64,000 bases of DNA from Bacteroidota bacterium (GCA_947452905.1 CANGEP010000008.1:18638-82637), one strand, 5' to 3'. Counted from the stretch's first letter, positions 30,281-39,658 are shown. A program made the numbers and translations. Notes: generated by a model from the sequence alone, not told the origin.

Positions 30281-31480
30281 ATGATTACCATTAGCGATAG
30301 AGGATTACAAATGCCTTCTTCTCCTATTAGAAAGCTAGCGCCACTTGCAGAAGCTGCTAAAAAAGAAGGGGTAAAAGTATACCATTTAAATATTGGACAA
30401 CCTGATATTGAAACACCCTCCATTATGATGGAAGCGGTAAAAAATGCAGATGTAAAAGTTTTAGAGTATACGGATAGTGCTGGTATTTTAAGTTTTAGAA
30501 AAAAATTAGCCGACTACTATATATCAAAAGGCATCGCTGTGGATTACACGGATATTTTAATTACCATTGGTGGTAGTGAGGGAATTTTATTTGCTTTTAT
30601 GGCCTGCCTTGATGCAGGAGATGAAATTATTGTGCCAGAACCTTTTTATGCCAATTATATTGGATTTGCGATGGCAGCTGGCATTAAAATTATTCCTATT
30701 ACATCCACTATTGAATCTGGATTTGCACTTCCACCCATCGACTTCTTTAGAAAAAAAATTACCTCTAAAACAAAAGGGATATTTATTTGCAATCCAAATA
30801 ATCCTACGGGTTATGTATATAGCGAAAACGAATTATTGCAAATTAGAGATTTAATAAAAGAAAAAGATTTGTATTTGTTTTCGGACGAAGCTTATACCGA
30901 GTTTAGTTATGAAAATAAAGTAAAGAGCACTTTAACACTTGAGGGTGTAGAAGATAGAGTAATCATGATTGATACTTTCTCCAAAAAATACTCTGCATGT
31001 GGTGCACGTATAGGTGCATTAGTGACAAAAAATAAAGCAGTGATTGAAGCGGTGATGAAGTTCTCTCAGGCAAGATTAAGCCCACCCACTCTCGAGCAAA
31101 TTGCTGCCGAAGCCGCCTTAAGCTTACCCTCCGATTATTTTGAAGCTACCCGTTTGGCGTATAAAAACAGAAGAGCGGTTTTAATAAAAAGATTATCCGA
31201 AATGGAAGGGGTATACTGCCCTGCTCCTCAAGGTGCTTTTTATGCCATGGCAAAACTTCCTGTGGAAGATACCGATCATTTTTGCGCTTGGTTATTAAGT
31301 GAATTTAGATTTAATAATGCCACTGTAATGCTCGCACCCGCTAGTGGATTTTATACCACACCAGGACTTGGAAAAAACGAGGTTAGATTGGCCTATGTAT
31401 TAAATGAAACAGAGATTCATAATGCCATGGATTGTTTAGAAGCCGCATTATTATCTTACGCCTATCGTTTGCGTAAATAG
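30281..31480 (+). CDS. Class I/II PLP-dependent aminotransferase (aspartate aminotransferase-like)
   Basis: HLNIGQPD, CNPNNPTG, SDEAY, DTFSKKYSACGARIG. The start is likely 30281 (ORF track gives 30260). Confidence 0.9.
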   Translation: MITISDRGLQMPSSPIRKLAPLAEAAKKEGVKVYHLNIGQPDIETPSIMMEAVKNADVKVLEYTDSAGILSFRKKLADYYISKGIAVDYTDILITIGGSEGILFAFMACLDAGDEIIVPEPFYANYIGFAMAAGIKIIPITSTIESGFALPPIDFFRKKITSKTKGIFICNPNNPTGYVYSENELLQIRDLIKEKDLYLFSDEAYTEFSYENKVKSTLTLEGVEDRVIMIDTFSKKYSACGARIGALVTKNKAVIEAVMKFSQARLSPPTLEQIAAEAALSLPSDYFEATRLAYKNRRAVLIKRLSEMEGVYCPAPQGAFYAMAKLPVEDTDHFCAWLLSEFRFNNATVMLAPASGFYTTPGLGKNEVRLAYVLNETEIHNAMDCLEAALLSYAYRLRK

Positions 31481-31570
31481 TAAGCTTACCAATCATCACA
31501 ATTAAGCCACCACTCCTACTAATTTAACATAAAGTTGTTTTGAAAATTAAACAACCTTAGTAATTTTGTG

Positions 31571-31647
31571 TTGTTATAGTGTGGGTTTGATTTTAACTCT
31601 ATAGCAAGCAATCGTAAACGCCCGTTGTTTCTACAATGGGCTTTTTT
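31571..31647 (+). ncRNA. Candidate stand-alone small RNA (~75 nt)
   Basis: TTTG (31539-42), 18 nt, then TAATTTTG (31561-68). Hairpin TTGTTATAG/CTATAGCAA, then terminator GCCCGTTGT-ttct-ACAATGGGC-TTTTTT. No meaningful ORF, and the downstream gene is convergent. Confidence 0.5.
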
Positions 31648-31683
31648 ACGCCCCTACCTTTTGGATACCAACATTCCCTCAAC

Positions 31684-31713
31684 AAAAAGGCCCCCGACAA
31701 GTCGGAGGCCTTT
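31684..31713 (-). terminator. Intrinsic terminator of the susC1-susD1 operon
   Basis: Minus strand AAAGGCCTCCGAC-tt-GTCGGGGGCCTTTTT, just after the susD stop. Confidence 0.85.
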
Positions 31714-31736
31714 AGTATAGATAGTTAAACTAAATA

Positions 31737-33260
31737 TTAGTCAACATCCCAGAAGATCTTAGTAGCTAAAGGATCGATTGTTCCTTGAGCAGTTACGTTA
31801 GCACCATTAGAACCTAATTCAGTTCCAGGGTAGTATAAACGTAATGGACGTGAAGTACCTACATAGTTCTTAGACTGAGGCGTTACAGGATAGTTATTTT
31901 TACGGTATTCAGACCATGCTTCTAATCCATTGTAGTTGGCATAGCATAACCATTTTTGATAACCAATCGCTTGTAACTTGTTAGTAGAAGCTACGAAGTC
32001 AACATCTTGAACACCACTTGCTAATAATCTTGTAGCATCGGCAGCAGATGCGCCTAATGTTCTATAAGATTCTTTAACACCCGCTTCGTAGTATGATTGT
32101 GCAGTACCTGTTAAAGTAACTGACGCACCATAACGTTGCTTGGCTTCTGCTAAATTGAATTGAGCTTCAGCAGCTGTCATTAAAATAAAAGACTTGTTAA
32201 AAGCACCTTTCACTAATACAGATGGACCAGGAGCAGAAGTAACAGCTGGTAAGAAACCAGCGCTAGATCCGAAAGGAACACCTACATAGTTGGCAGCAAT
32301 TTCTGCTTTAGCACTTACACCAGGATTAGCACCATCTTCATTACCAATTGCATAAAAAATGCGCTTTAAACGAACTGTATCACCAGTTGATTTTAAGTTA
32401 TTGATAAAGAATTCAGTACCTCTAGGCCAGTTATTGTTTGCTCTTCTAGCATTTGTCTCACTATAACCATAATTATCATAGAAAGGATTAATTTGACCAG
32501 CAGAAGCCACATAACCAGGGTTAACACCTGCATCAGCTCCAGATAAAACACCCGTACCTTCTGCATTGATTTTATTTACCTCTGCAGTAATGTAAGCATC
32601 TCTTCCGCTTACTCTTGCTTGACGCATTAAAATACGCAATTTCAAAGAGTTAGCAAATTTGATCCAGTTGGTTGTGTTTCCTTTGAAGATGATATCAGAA
32701 CCTGTATAAGCACTTGCAAATGCATTTGCTTTTAAGTCAACAATCGCACCATCTAATAAAGTAATTAAACCTTCATATACAGTTTTTTGATCGTCAAACT
32801 TAGGTGCTAATTTTTTAACACCTTGTAAGGCTTCTGTAAATGGAATGTTACCGTAAAGGTCTACAAGTTTTTGGAATGCCATAGCTTGCATAACTTTTGC
32901 AGGTCCTTTTAAGTAAGGTTGACCAGCTGTTACAGCATTGTCAATTACATATTGATAATCAAAAAGGTTATCATAAGTATTATCCCAATAGTTAAAATCA
33001 CCATTGGTAAAGCTGTAAGAGAATAATGTAGTACTAATGATATAACCATTAGACTGTGTCCATTGGCCACCCCAGAACATACCAGTTTCATTTGGAGAAA
33101 CCATATTGATGGCTGATTGGTTCAAGGCGTTGGCAAGAACAAACGCAGGCGTTGCGGTTGGAAGTGAATTCGGGTTGGTATTGACATCTAGATAGTCTTT
33201 TTTACAACCTGTTCCCACAATGACCAAAAACGCGGCGATATATAATTTATTTAGTTTCAT
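31737..33260 (-). CDS. susD: SusD/RagB family outer-membrane lipoprotein
   Basis: Lipobox VGTGC20, DYLDVNTNPN, LVDLYGNIPFTEAL, EAWSEYRK, IFWD C-terminus; directly downstream of a SusC. Confidence 0.9.
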   Translation of the reverse strand: MKLNKLYIAAFLVIVGTGCKKDYLDVNTNPNSLPTATPAFVLANALNQSAINMVSPNETGMFWGGQWTQSNGYIISTTLFSYSFTNGDFNYWDNTYDNLFDYQYVIDNAVTAGQPYLKGPAKVMQAMAFQKLVDLYGNIPFTEALQGVKKLAPKFDDQKTVYEGLITLLDGAIVDLKANAFASAYTGSDIIFKGNTTNWIKFANSLKLRILMRQARVSGRDAYITAEVNKINAEGTGVLSGADAGVNPGYVASAGQINPFYDNYGYSETNARRANNNWPRGTEFFINNLKSTGDTVRLKRIFYAIGNEDGANPGVSAKAEIAANYVGVPFGSSAGFLPAVTSAPGPSVLVKGAFNKSFILMTAAEAQFNLAEAKQRYGASVTLTGTAQSYYEAGVKESYRTLGASAADATRLLASGVQDVDFVASTNKLQAIGYQKWLCYANYNGLEAWSEYRKNNYPVTPQSKNYVGTSRPLRLYYPGTELGSNGANVTAQGTIDPLATKIFWDVD

Positions 33261-33285
33261 ATCTGTTGTTTTAAGTTAGTGGTGA

Positions 33286-36200
33286 TTAAAAAACAAAGTT
33301 TACGTTGAAACCAATTTGACGTACAGGAGGCGTTTGAGCAGTATTACTAATACCACTACCGTTACCTGCTGTATAGCTGAACTCAGGATCAGTAAACTGA
33401 TTCTTAGCATCAACTATTGTAAATAAGTTTCTACCATAAATTGCTACGTTAGCAGCAGAGAAAATCTTAGACTTTTTAACCAATGCGCTTGGTAAATTAT
33501 AAGACAAGTTAATGTCTCTTAATTTAATAAACCAGGCTGGTGCTACGAAATTCTCAGAAATCAAACGGTAGTTGTTAACCCATAAAGCGTACTCTGGTTC
33601 ACGTACTTTGATAGTAGTGTTAGGTACATTCGCTCCAGATACTGGATCGATATAATAAGAGTTAGCAAAAACTTGATCTGTTCTGTTTGAAGTCCATGCA
33701 CCAGATCCAGTAAAGGTCATTTGACGACCTAAGTCAGAGAACATGTAGTTTCCACCACGGTATTCAAAGTTAAAGGCTAAACGGAAATCTTTGTAAGACA
33801 CTGTTGATCCTAAACCTACCATATCACGAGGTAATGTACCACCACGCTCTTTTAAAGTTGGATCTAACACTGGATAACCAGTAGTCGCGTTTACTCTTCT
33901 TCTGCCCGCTTCATCATAATAATAACCGTTGGTTTTTAAGATAGGGAAGCGTTGGCCTAAGATAACGTTTGAAGTAGCATAAGAGTATCCACCATAAGCG
34001 AATGCAGTAATGCCAGGATACAAGCTAACCACTTTGTTATCGTTATTAGAGTATTTAATGTTCACATCCCATTTCACTTTCGTGTCACGTAAAATTTGAA
34101 CTTTTAAATCTGCTTCATAACCAAAGTTATTTACTTCACCCACGTTAATTAACAAGTTAGAGAAACCAGTTGAGTTAGGAACTTTAACTGTTAATACTTG
34201 ACCTTCAGATTTTTGAGTATACCAAGAAACGTCTAAGTTTACTCTGTTTTTGAACATGCTAAACTCACCACCCACTTCCATAGCTGTTACAAACTCAGGC
34301 TTTAAATTAGCATCAGGTAAAGTATTACCTACTGTTAAACCTACGTTGTTACCATAAGGGAAGTTAGTACCGTTAGCATAAGCAAGGTCTAAACCATATA
34401 AAGGAATATTGTCGTTACCGTTCTTGTTGTATGAAGTACGCAATTTAGCATAGTTTAACACATCGCTTTTCAATTTAGGAATCGCGTCTGTTAAAATTAA
34501 TGATAAGGCCGCACCATAATACAAGTAAGAATATTGATCGGTAGCTCTGGTAGATTTATAGAAACGAGAAGTGGCGTCGTAACGACCAGTCAAGTTTAAA
34601 TTGATCCACTCTAAGTTCTTTATGTTTGTGTTTAAATCCGCATAGTAACCATACTTACGCTCAGTTGTGTTAGCTTCTGATCCTGCTAAGTTACCTTGTC
34701 TGTTCGCGATGTTATAAACATCAGGAACCACGATAGAGCTTGAGCTTACAGAAATGGCTTTAGTATAACGTTGATACAAAGAATAACCTAAGTTTAATTT
34801 ATTTTGAGTGATACCTAAATCTTTTTGTAAACGAACTTGGAATTCATTGTTTAGAACGTTCTCTGTAGAAGAGTAATCACTTACAGAACCTAAGATATCA
34901 GAAATCGCACGGTAAATACCAGGATAATCATCATCATGTGTCCAAGGACTTGGAATATACGCACTGTTTTTTGCCCAATCAGAATATTGGAATTTCTCTT
35001 GCGTATTTTTTTGAGTACGAGAATTATTCATAATACCTAAACGGTTATATAATTGTAACCAAGGTAAAGCACGATAAGTGATATCGAAATTACCAGAAAG
35101 GTTAGCATCTTTATAACGAGCACGGTTAATATCCTTGTTAAAATAAGGGTTATTATAATAGTCATTATAGTAACCATTAGGATTCGCAAAAGGATTTGTT
35201 CTCCAGTTTCTCATGGTAGTTAAATCTACCCAAGAAGCTGTGTTAATGATATCATTTTGGAAATCCGAAGTAGTTCTGTCATACATAGCTTGTGTGTAAG
35301 AAGCATTAAAGCTGGTAGAAACTTTACCATACTCTCTTGTAGATTTTACACGCACACCAGTTCTATCACTTAAATCACCAGGTACGATACCGTTGATTTT
35401 TTGATTTTCAACTGATAAATAATAGCTACCATTATCATCACCACCTTGGAAGCTAGCTTGGTTGTTTGTAGAAACACCCACATCAAAGCTTTTTAGACGA
35501 ACATTTGCAACGTCTGCATAAGGGATAACTAATTTGCTACCATCTTGTAAAACACGACCCGCAATACGTAAGCTACCATCGTAAGCATCACCATATTGTT
35601 GGTTTTCATAAGGTCTCCAGTTTTCTTTAGAACGAGCTACCGCATCAGCATTATAGCCAGCTTGACCATATACTAAAGGATAGTATTGAGAACCAGAACC
35701 ATATTTATTTTGGAAAGCAGGTAAGAAACTTACTTGTTCAAAGTTGGTTGTATTTGAATACTGAACTTTTAATTTTCCTTTATTACCTTGTTTGGTAGTG
35801 ATTACTAAAGCACCGTTTACACCGGCAGAACCATACAATGTAGCCGCTTGACCACCCTTAAGGATAGACACGTTTTCTACATCATTTGGATTAATTAAAG
35901 CTAAAGCAGTAGAGGTAGTTTGCATACCATCAATTACTACTAAGGCTTCGTTATTACCAGTTAATGAACGGTAACCACGTAATACCACTTTTACAGCAGG
36001 ATCAACGCTATTGTTTACAGTGTACACCGCTAAACCAGAAACCTTACCCGCAAGGGCTTGTGTTAACTGAGGCGAGTGACCTACTGTAAGTTCATCACTA
36101 GATACTTTTGCATAAGAATATCCAATCTCTTTAGATTTTTTACGGATACCTTGAGCGGTAACAACTACATTATCAAGTTCATCCACTTGACGGTTCAAAA

Positions 36201-36471
36201 CCACGCTGATGGTAGTTGCACTAGCTTTTACTTCTGTTGAAGCGAAACCAGTGGCACTTACTTGCAAAGTTGCGTTTGCAGCAGCATTAATTTTGAAGTT
36301 ACCTTTTTCGTCAGCTACGATAGCTGAATTTTGACCCTTTACTTTAACTGTTGCGTAAGGGACAGCTGTTCCTTTGTCGTCTTTAACCGAACCGGCTACA
36401 GAACGAACCTGGGCGTTAGCTGTTACTAATACGAACACAGCTAAGAAGAGCGAGGTTACAATTTTCTTCAT
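33286..36471 (-). CDS. susC: SusC/RagA family TonB-dependent transporter
   Basis: Signal peptide, N-terminal extension, plug (LAGKVSGL...INPNDVENVSILKG...YGSAGVNGALVITTK), LKPEFVT, C-terminal FNVNFVF. Confidence 0.95.
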   Translation of the reverse strand: MKKIVTSLFLAVFVLVTANAQVRSVAGSVKDDKGTAVPYATVKVKGQNSAIVADEKGNFKINAAANATLQVSATGFASTEVKASATTISVVLNRQVDELDNVVVTAQGIRKKSKEIGYSYAKVSSDELTVGHSPQLTQALAGKVSGLAVYTVNNSVDPAVKVVLRGYRSLTGNNEALVVIDGMQTTSTALALINPNDVENVSILKGGQAATLYGSAGVNGALVITTKQGNKGKLKVQYSNTTNFEQVSFLPAFQNKYGSGSQYYPLVYGQAGYNADAVARSKENWRPYENQQYGDAYDGSLRIAGRVLQDGSKLVIPYADVANVRLKSFDVGVSTNNQASFQGGDDNGSYYLSVENQKINGIVPGDLSDRTGVRVKSTREYGKVSTSFNASYTQAMYDRTTSDFQNDIINTASWVDLTTMRNWRTNPFANPNGYYNDYYNNPYFNKDINRARYKDANLSGNFDITYRALPWLQLYNRLGIMNNSRTQKNTQEKFQYSDWAKNSAYIPSPWTHDDDYPGIYRAISDILGSVSDYSSTENVLNNEFQVRLQKDLGITQNKLNLGYSLYQRYTKAISVSSSSIVVPDVYNIANRQGNLAGSEANTTERKYGYYADLNTNIKNLEWINLNLTGRYDATSRFYKSTRATDQYSYLYYGAALSLILTDAIPKLKSDVLNYAKLRTSYNKNGNDNIPLYGLDLAYANGTNFPYGNNVGLTVGNTLPDANLKPEFVTAMEVGGEFSMFKNRVNLDVSWYTQKSEGQVLTVKVPNSTGFSNLLINVGEVNNFGYEADLKVQILRDTKVKWDVNIKYSNNDNKVVSLYPGITAFAYGGYSYATSNVILGQRFPILKTNGYYYDEAGRRRVNATTGYPVLDPTLKERGGTLPRDMVGLGSTVSYKDFRLAFNFEYRGGNYMFSDLGRQMTFTGSGAWTSNRTDQVFANSYYIDPVSGANVPNTTIKVREPEYALWVNNYRLISENFVAPAWFIKLRDINLSYNLPSALVKKSKIFSAANVAIYGRNLFTIVDAKNQFTDPEFSYTAGNGSGISNTAQTPPVRQIGFNVNFVF

Positions 36472-36558
36472 TTGCTTTTGTTTTACTTAAGCCTCTAAAT
36501 TAAGAAAATTTTCTCGTAATTGTTAATAGAACGTTAACGATTTAGAGCAAAAACTAAC

Positions 36559-36590
36559 AAAAAAGCCATAAATTATAAATTTATGGCTTT
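36559..36590 (-). terminator. Intrinsic terminator after the 55-aa ORF, insulating susC1
   Basis: AAAGCCATAAAT/ATTTATGGCTTT 12-bp stem with a U-run on the minus strand. Confidence 0.8.
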
Positions 36591-36629
36591 AAAATATTGA
36601 AAAACAAGTATTTATAAAGTAGAAAAAGA

Positions 36630-36797
36630 TCAACTTCCTCTAGATCCACCAGTCTTTATAGGCTTCTTATTGGCCCCGCCTGAGGATTTTGTACTCGCTT
36701 TGGCTATGAATTTAGACGCACCCCCCGCTTGTGGAGTGGTTTTATTTTGTGTAGCTGCTTTTTTATCGGCTACTTTTTTATTAATGGCAAATCCCAT
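36630..36797 (-). CDS. Small basic Lys/Gly/Ala/Ser-rich protein, 55 aa (below the ORF-track cutoff)
   Basis: Manual translation: MGFAINKKVADKKAATQNKTTPQAGGASKFIAKASTKSSGGANKKPIKTGGSRGS*. It occupies a GC-richer island in AT-rich intergenic DNA and is followed by a terminator. Confidence 0.7.
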   Translation of the reverse strand: MGFAINKKVADKKAATQNKTTPQAGGASKFIAKASTKSSGGANKKPIKTGGSRGS

Positions 36798-36853
36798 AGA
36801 ATGTAGTTTAGGTTATAAAAGTAATTAAATATATGCAGAATACTGCTGTAGTT

Positions 36854-37390
36854 TTATGAATCCTTTTGGGAAAAATAAGACAAAACCTCGGACCAATTAT
36901 TGAGTCTTATATGCTTGGTAATATTGGCATTATGAGAAGCCGAAAATAATAAAGGCACTCCTTTACAAAAATCTAAATTTTTACAATGATCATCAATTAA
37001 GTAATCACTGGCAATTACCGATTTGTCGCCACATAAAATAATATTTTTCCAACTTATAAAAGGGAAATGTTCTTGCAACCAATCATGTTTTTCGATGAGT
37101 GATTGTGGAAATTCCATCGCAGCAGAAACCACATACACTTCATATTTTTCGGATAATTTTTTAACCGCTTCCACCGCACCATCCATTACCGGTACTGTTC
37201 TAAAAAAACCCGGTGTTAATACATAATTCCAAACTGCTTTTTTATCGGGAAAGGCTTCTGACTCTGGAATCCCTTGCATAGCAGCCCTATCCACACGAAT
37301 ACCAAAATCACGCTCATAAGAGTTTATTAAATGTGTTTCAATATCAGCCATCACATTGTCCATATCAATGGCTATAATTTTTTTTATCAT
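36854..37390 (-). CDS. 5'(3')-deoxyribonucleotidase (NT5C/HAD family)
   Basis: IAIDMDNVMAD (DxDxV), EKHDWLQEHFPFI, GDKSVI, YLIDD motifs. Confidence 0.88.
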   Translation of the reverse strand: MIKKIIAIDMDNVMADIETHLINSYERDFGIRVDRAAMQGIPESEAFPDKKAVWNYVLTPGFFRTVPVMDGAVEAVKKLSEKYEVYVVSAAMEFPQSLIEKHDWLQEHFPFISWKNIILCGDKSVIASDYLIDDHCKNLDFCKGVPLLFSASHNANITKHIRLNNWSEVLSYFSQKDS

Positions 37391-37419
37391 AGTAACAACT
37401 TATGTAATAAATGAATCTA

Positions 37420-39615
37420 CTAAACTTTTAGCAATCCCACTTTCATCAAAGTGGATACTGGTTTATTATCCCAAAATAATTCAAATCCCTCTAATCCTGC
37501 TTCCTTATAAGAAGATTTTATTTCAGATAAGGTCCAGCCATTATTTTTTTGATTTTTTAATTGCACTAGTAGGTTAAATAACCATTCACCCTTTGTAAGA
37601 TCTACCGCAATTTTTACTTCCTTCTGGGCGCCAATAAAGTGCAGTTGCAACTCCTCCCACTTGCTACCTTTCTTAGATTTTTGAAGAATTGTTTTTTGTG
37701 GTAAGCTACCAATAAATAAAACTTTATATGCAGTTCGATCATCAATTTCGGGTTCTTCGAGTAATTTTTGTAGGTAGTCTTTAGGTACACTCACCGCAGG
37801 TATAGGAAAGTCGAACCATTTTTGCAAAGGCCAATCAAAACAGCTGCCATGCATATAATTAAATAAGGCCTTCTTTAATCCAAAACCAAATATTTCATGA
37901 TTTGCCCCAGTAGGGTCGGTATGTTCAATATCATTGTTGGCAAAGGTTCCTATTTGATCTGTTCTTTTTTTAACTTTAAAATCGGCTGGTGCTAAACCCA
38001 CTGGACTATGTGCCGTCATAGTAAATAAATGCCAAAAGGCAGATTGTAAAACACCTTTGGCAAACATTTGTCTAACCATCTCCAAAGAGTCCACTGTTTC
38101 TTGCACTGTTTGTGTAGGAAACCCATACATTAAATAAGCATGTACCATAATACCTGCTTCGGTAAAATGTTTACTTACTTTAGCCACTTGTGCTACTGTA
38201 ACTCCTTTGTTTATTAAAGTTAATAAACGGTCCGATGCTACTTCCAAACCACCACTTACCGCAATACAACCAGCAGCTTTTAAAAGTAAACACAGGTCTG
38301 CTGTAAAACTTTTATCAAACCTTACATTGGCCCACCAACTTACCACTAATTTTCTTTTAATGATTTCAATTGAAATAGCTTTCATTAAAGAAGGAGGAGC
38401 CGCTTCATCTACAAAATGAAAACCTGTTTCACCAGTTTTTTCGATGAGCTCTTGCATTCGGTCCACAATTAAGGAGGCCGAAATGGGTTCATAAGATTTT
38501 ATATAATCTAAAGAGATATCACAAAAAGTACATTTGGCCCAATAACATCCATGTGCCATGGTTAATTTATTCCATCTTCCATCGCTCCATAAACTATGCA
38601 TGGGATTAACCACTTCAATAGCTGAAATATATTTATCTAATAATAAACCCTCATAATCGGGTGTACCCACTTGCCCTTGTTTATAATCGGCACATGAGGT
38701 ATTGTTAATGTATTTTACTTCGCCTTCTACCAATGTAAAACAACGTTTTAAAGCTTCTTGTTCTACTTTACCATCGATATGATCTATTAAAATTTTTAAA
38801 GGTGCTTCCCCATCATCCAAAGTAATAAAATCATAAAATTCAAAAACCCTTTTATCGGAGAGTGACCTAAGCTCAGTGTTTGCAAAACCTCCACCCATGG
38901 CCACTTTAGCGGATGGAAAGTTATTTTTAACCCATTGACCACATCGTAAGGAAGTATATAAATTGCCCGGGAAAGGAACCGATATGCAAACTAGTTTAGG
39001 ATTTATTTCAATTATTTTTTTTGAAAATATTTGAATTAAAATTTCATCAATATAAGTAAGTGGCTTTTGTAAAGCTTCGTATAACTCATCAAAACTATTG
39101 GCCGATCTTGCCAAACTTTCGGCATATCTACTAAACCCAAAATAGGGGTCAACTGTTTGTTTAATTAAATCGCTTAAATCTTCTAAATATAGAGTGGCTA
39201 TATGTTTGGCTTTATCTTGTTTACCCATACTGCCAAATGCCCAATCTAAATTATCAATTTGCTCAAATCTACTCGCTTCAGGTAAAAATTGTCGTGCACT
39301 TATTAAATGGGCCAATGTATTTTGCTTTCCTTGTAAAAACAAAACAACTTCATCGATAGTTTTGATATAATGCTCTTTAAGGGCTACCATTCTTTTGCCA
39401 TTATCCGAAAGTTCGTTTTCGAATTTTTCAATGGTAGTAAATAAATCGGTGAGTCCTTTTTTAGTAAAAAGTTCGATAATAACTTCAATGCCTAAATCGG
39501 CCTGAAACGATTTTATTTGCTGTGTATTAAAAAAACCTTTTAAATAGGCCGTTGCTGGATAGGGCGTATTTAACTGTGTAAAAGGAGGGGTAATTAAAAA
39601 AACAGATTCGCTCAA
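37420..39615 (-). CDS. B12-binding-domain radical SAM protein
   Basis: GCYWAKCTFC (CxxxCxxC), FHFVDE, SGGLE, YLMYGFP; N-terminal B12-binding-like region; TTG start with TATTTTTG promoter element at 39635-39642. Confidence 0.85.
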   Translation of the reverse strand: MSESVFLITPPFTQLNTPYPATAYLKGFFNTQQIKSFQADLGIEVIIELFTKKGLTDLFTTIEKFENELSDNGKRMVALKEHYIKTIDEVVLFLQGKQNTLAHLISARQFLPEASRFEQIDNLDWAFGSMGKQDKAKHIATLYLEDLSDLIKQTVDPYFGFSRYAESLARSANSFDELYEALQKPLTYIDEILIQIFSKKIIEINPKLVCISVPFPGNLYTSLRCGQWVKNNFPSAKVAMGGGFANTELRSLSDKRVFEFYDFITLDDGEAPLKILIDHIDGKVEQEALKRCFTLVEGEVKYINNTSCADYKQGQVGTPDYEGLLLDKYISAIEVVNPMHSLWSDGRWNKLTMAHGCYWAKCTFCDISLDYIKSYEPISASLIVDRMQELIEKTGETGFHFVDEAAPPSLMKAISIEIIKRKLVVSWWANVRFDKSFTADLCLLLKAAGCIAVSGGLEVASDRLLTLINKGVTVAQVAKVSKHFTEAGIMVHAYLMYGFPTQTVQETVDSLEMVRQMFAKGVLQSAFWHLFTMTAHSPVGLAPADFKVKKRTDQIGTFANNDIEHTDPTGANHEIFGFGLKKALFNYMHGSCFDWPLQKWFDFPIPAVSVPKDYLQKLLEEPEIDDRTAYKVLFIGSLPQKTILQKSKKGSKWEELQLHFIGAQKEVKIAVDLTKGEWLFNLLVQLKNQKNNGWTLSEIKSSYKEAGLEGFELFWDNKPVSTLMKVGLLKV

Positions 39616-39658
39616 GGAGAGATTATTTAATACGCAAAAATAAGGGGTTCCTTTTTAC

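Noticed and set aside
19460-30854. Short alternative ORFs (19460, 20252, 20485, 22427, 23198, 24206, 24669, 26794, 29346, 30567)
   Set aside because: They overlap confidently assigned genes on the opposite strand or in another frame and show no independent evidence.
31581-31604. 7-codon ORF (GTG...TAG) inside the sRNA candidate
   Set aside because: GTG start buried in a stem, no plausible initiation context and no downstream operon to attenuate.
31534-31653. CRISPR repeat or tracrRNA interpretation of the GTTGT-containing element
   Set aside because: No repeated units or spacers, and no cas gene in the window.
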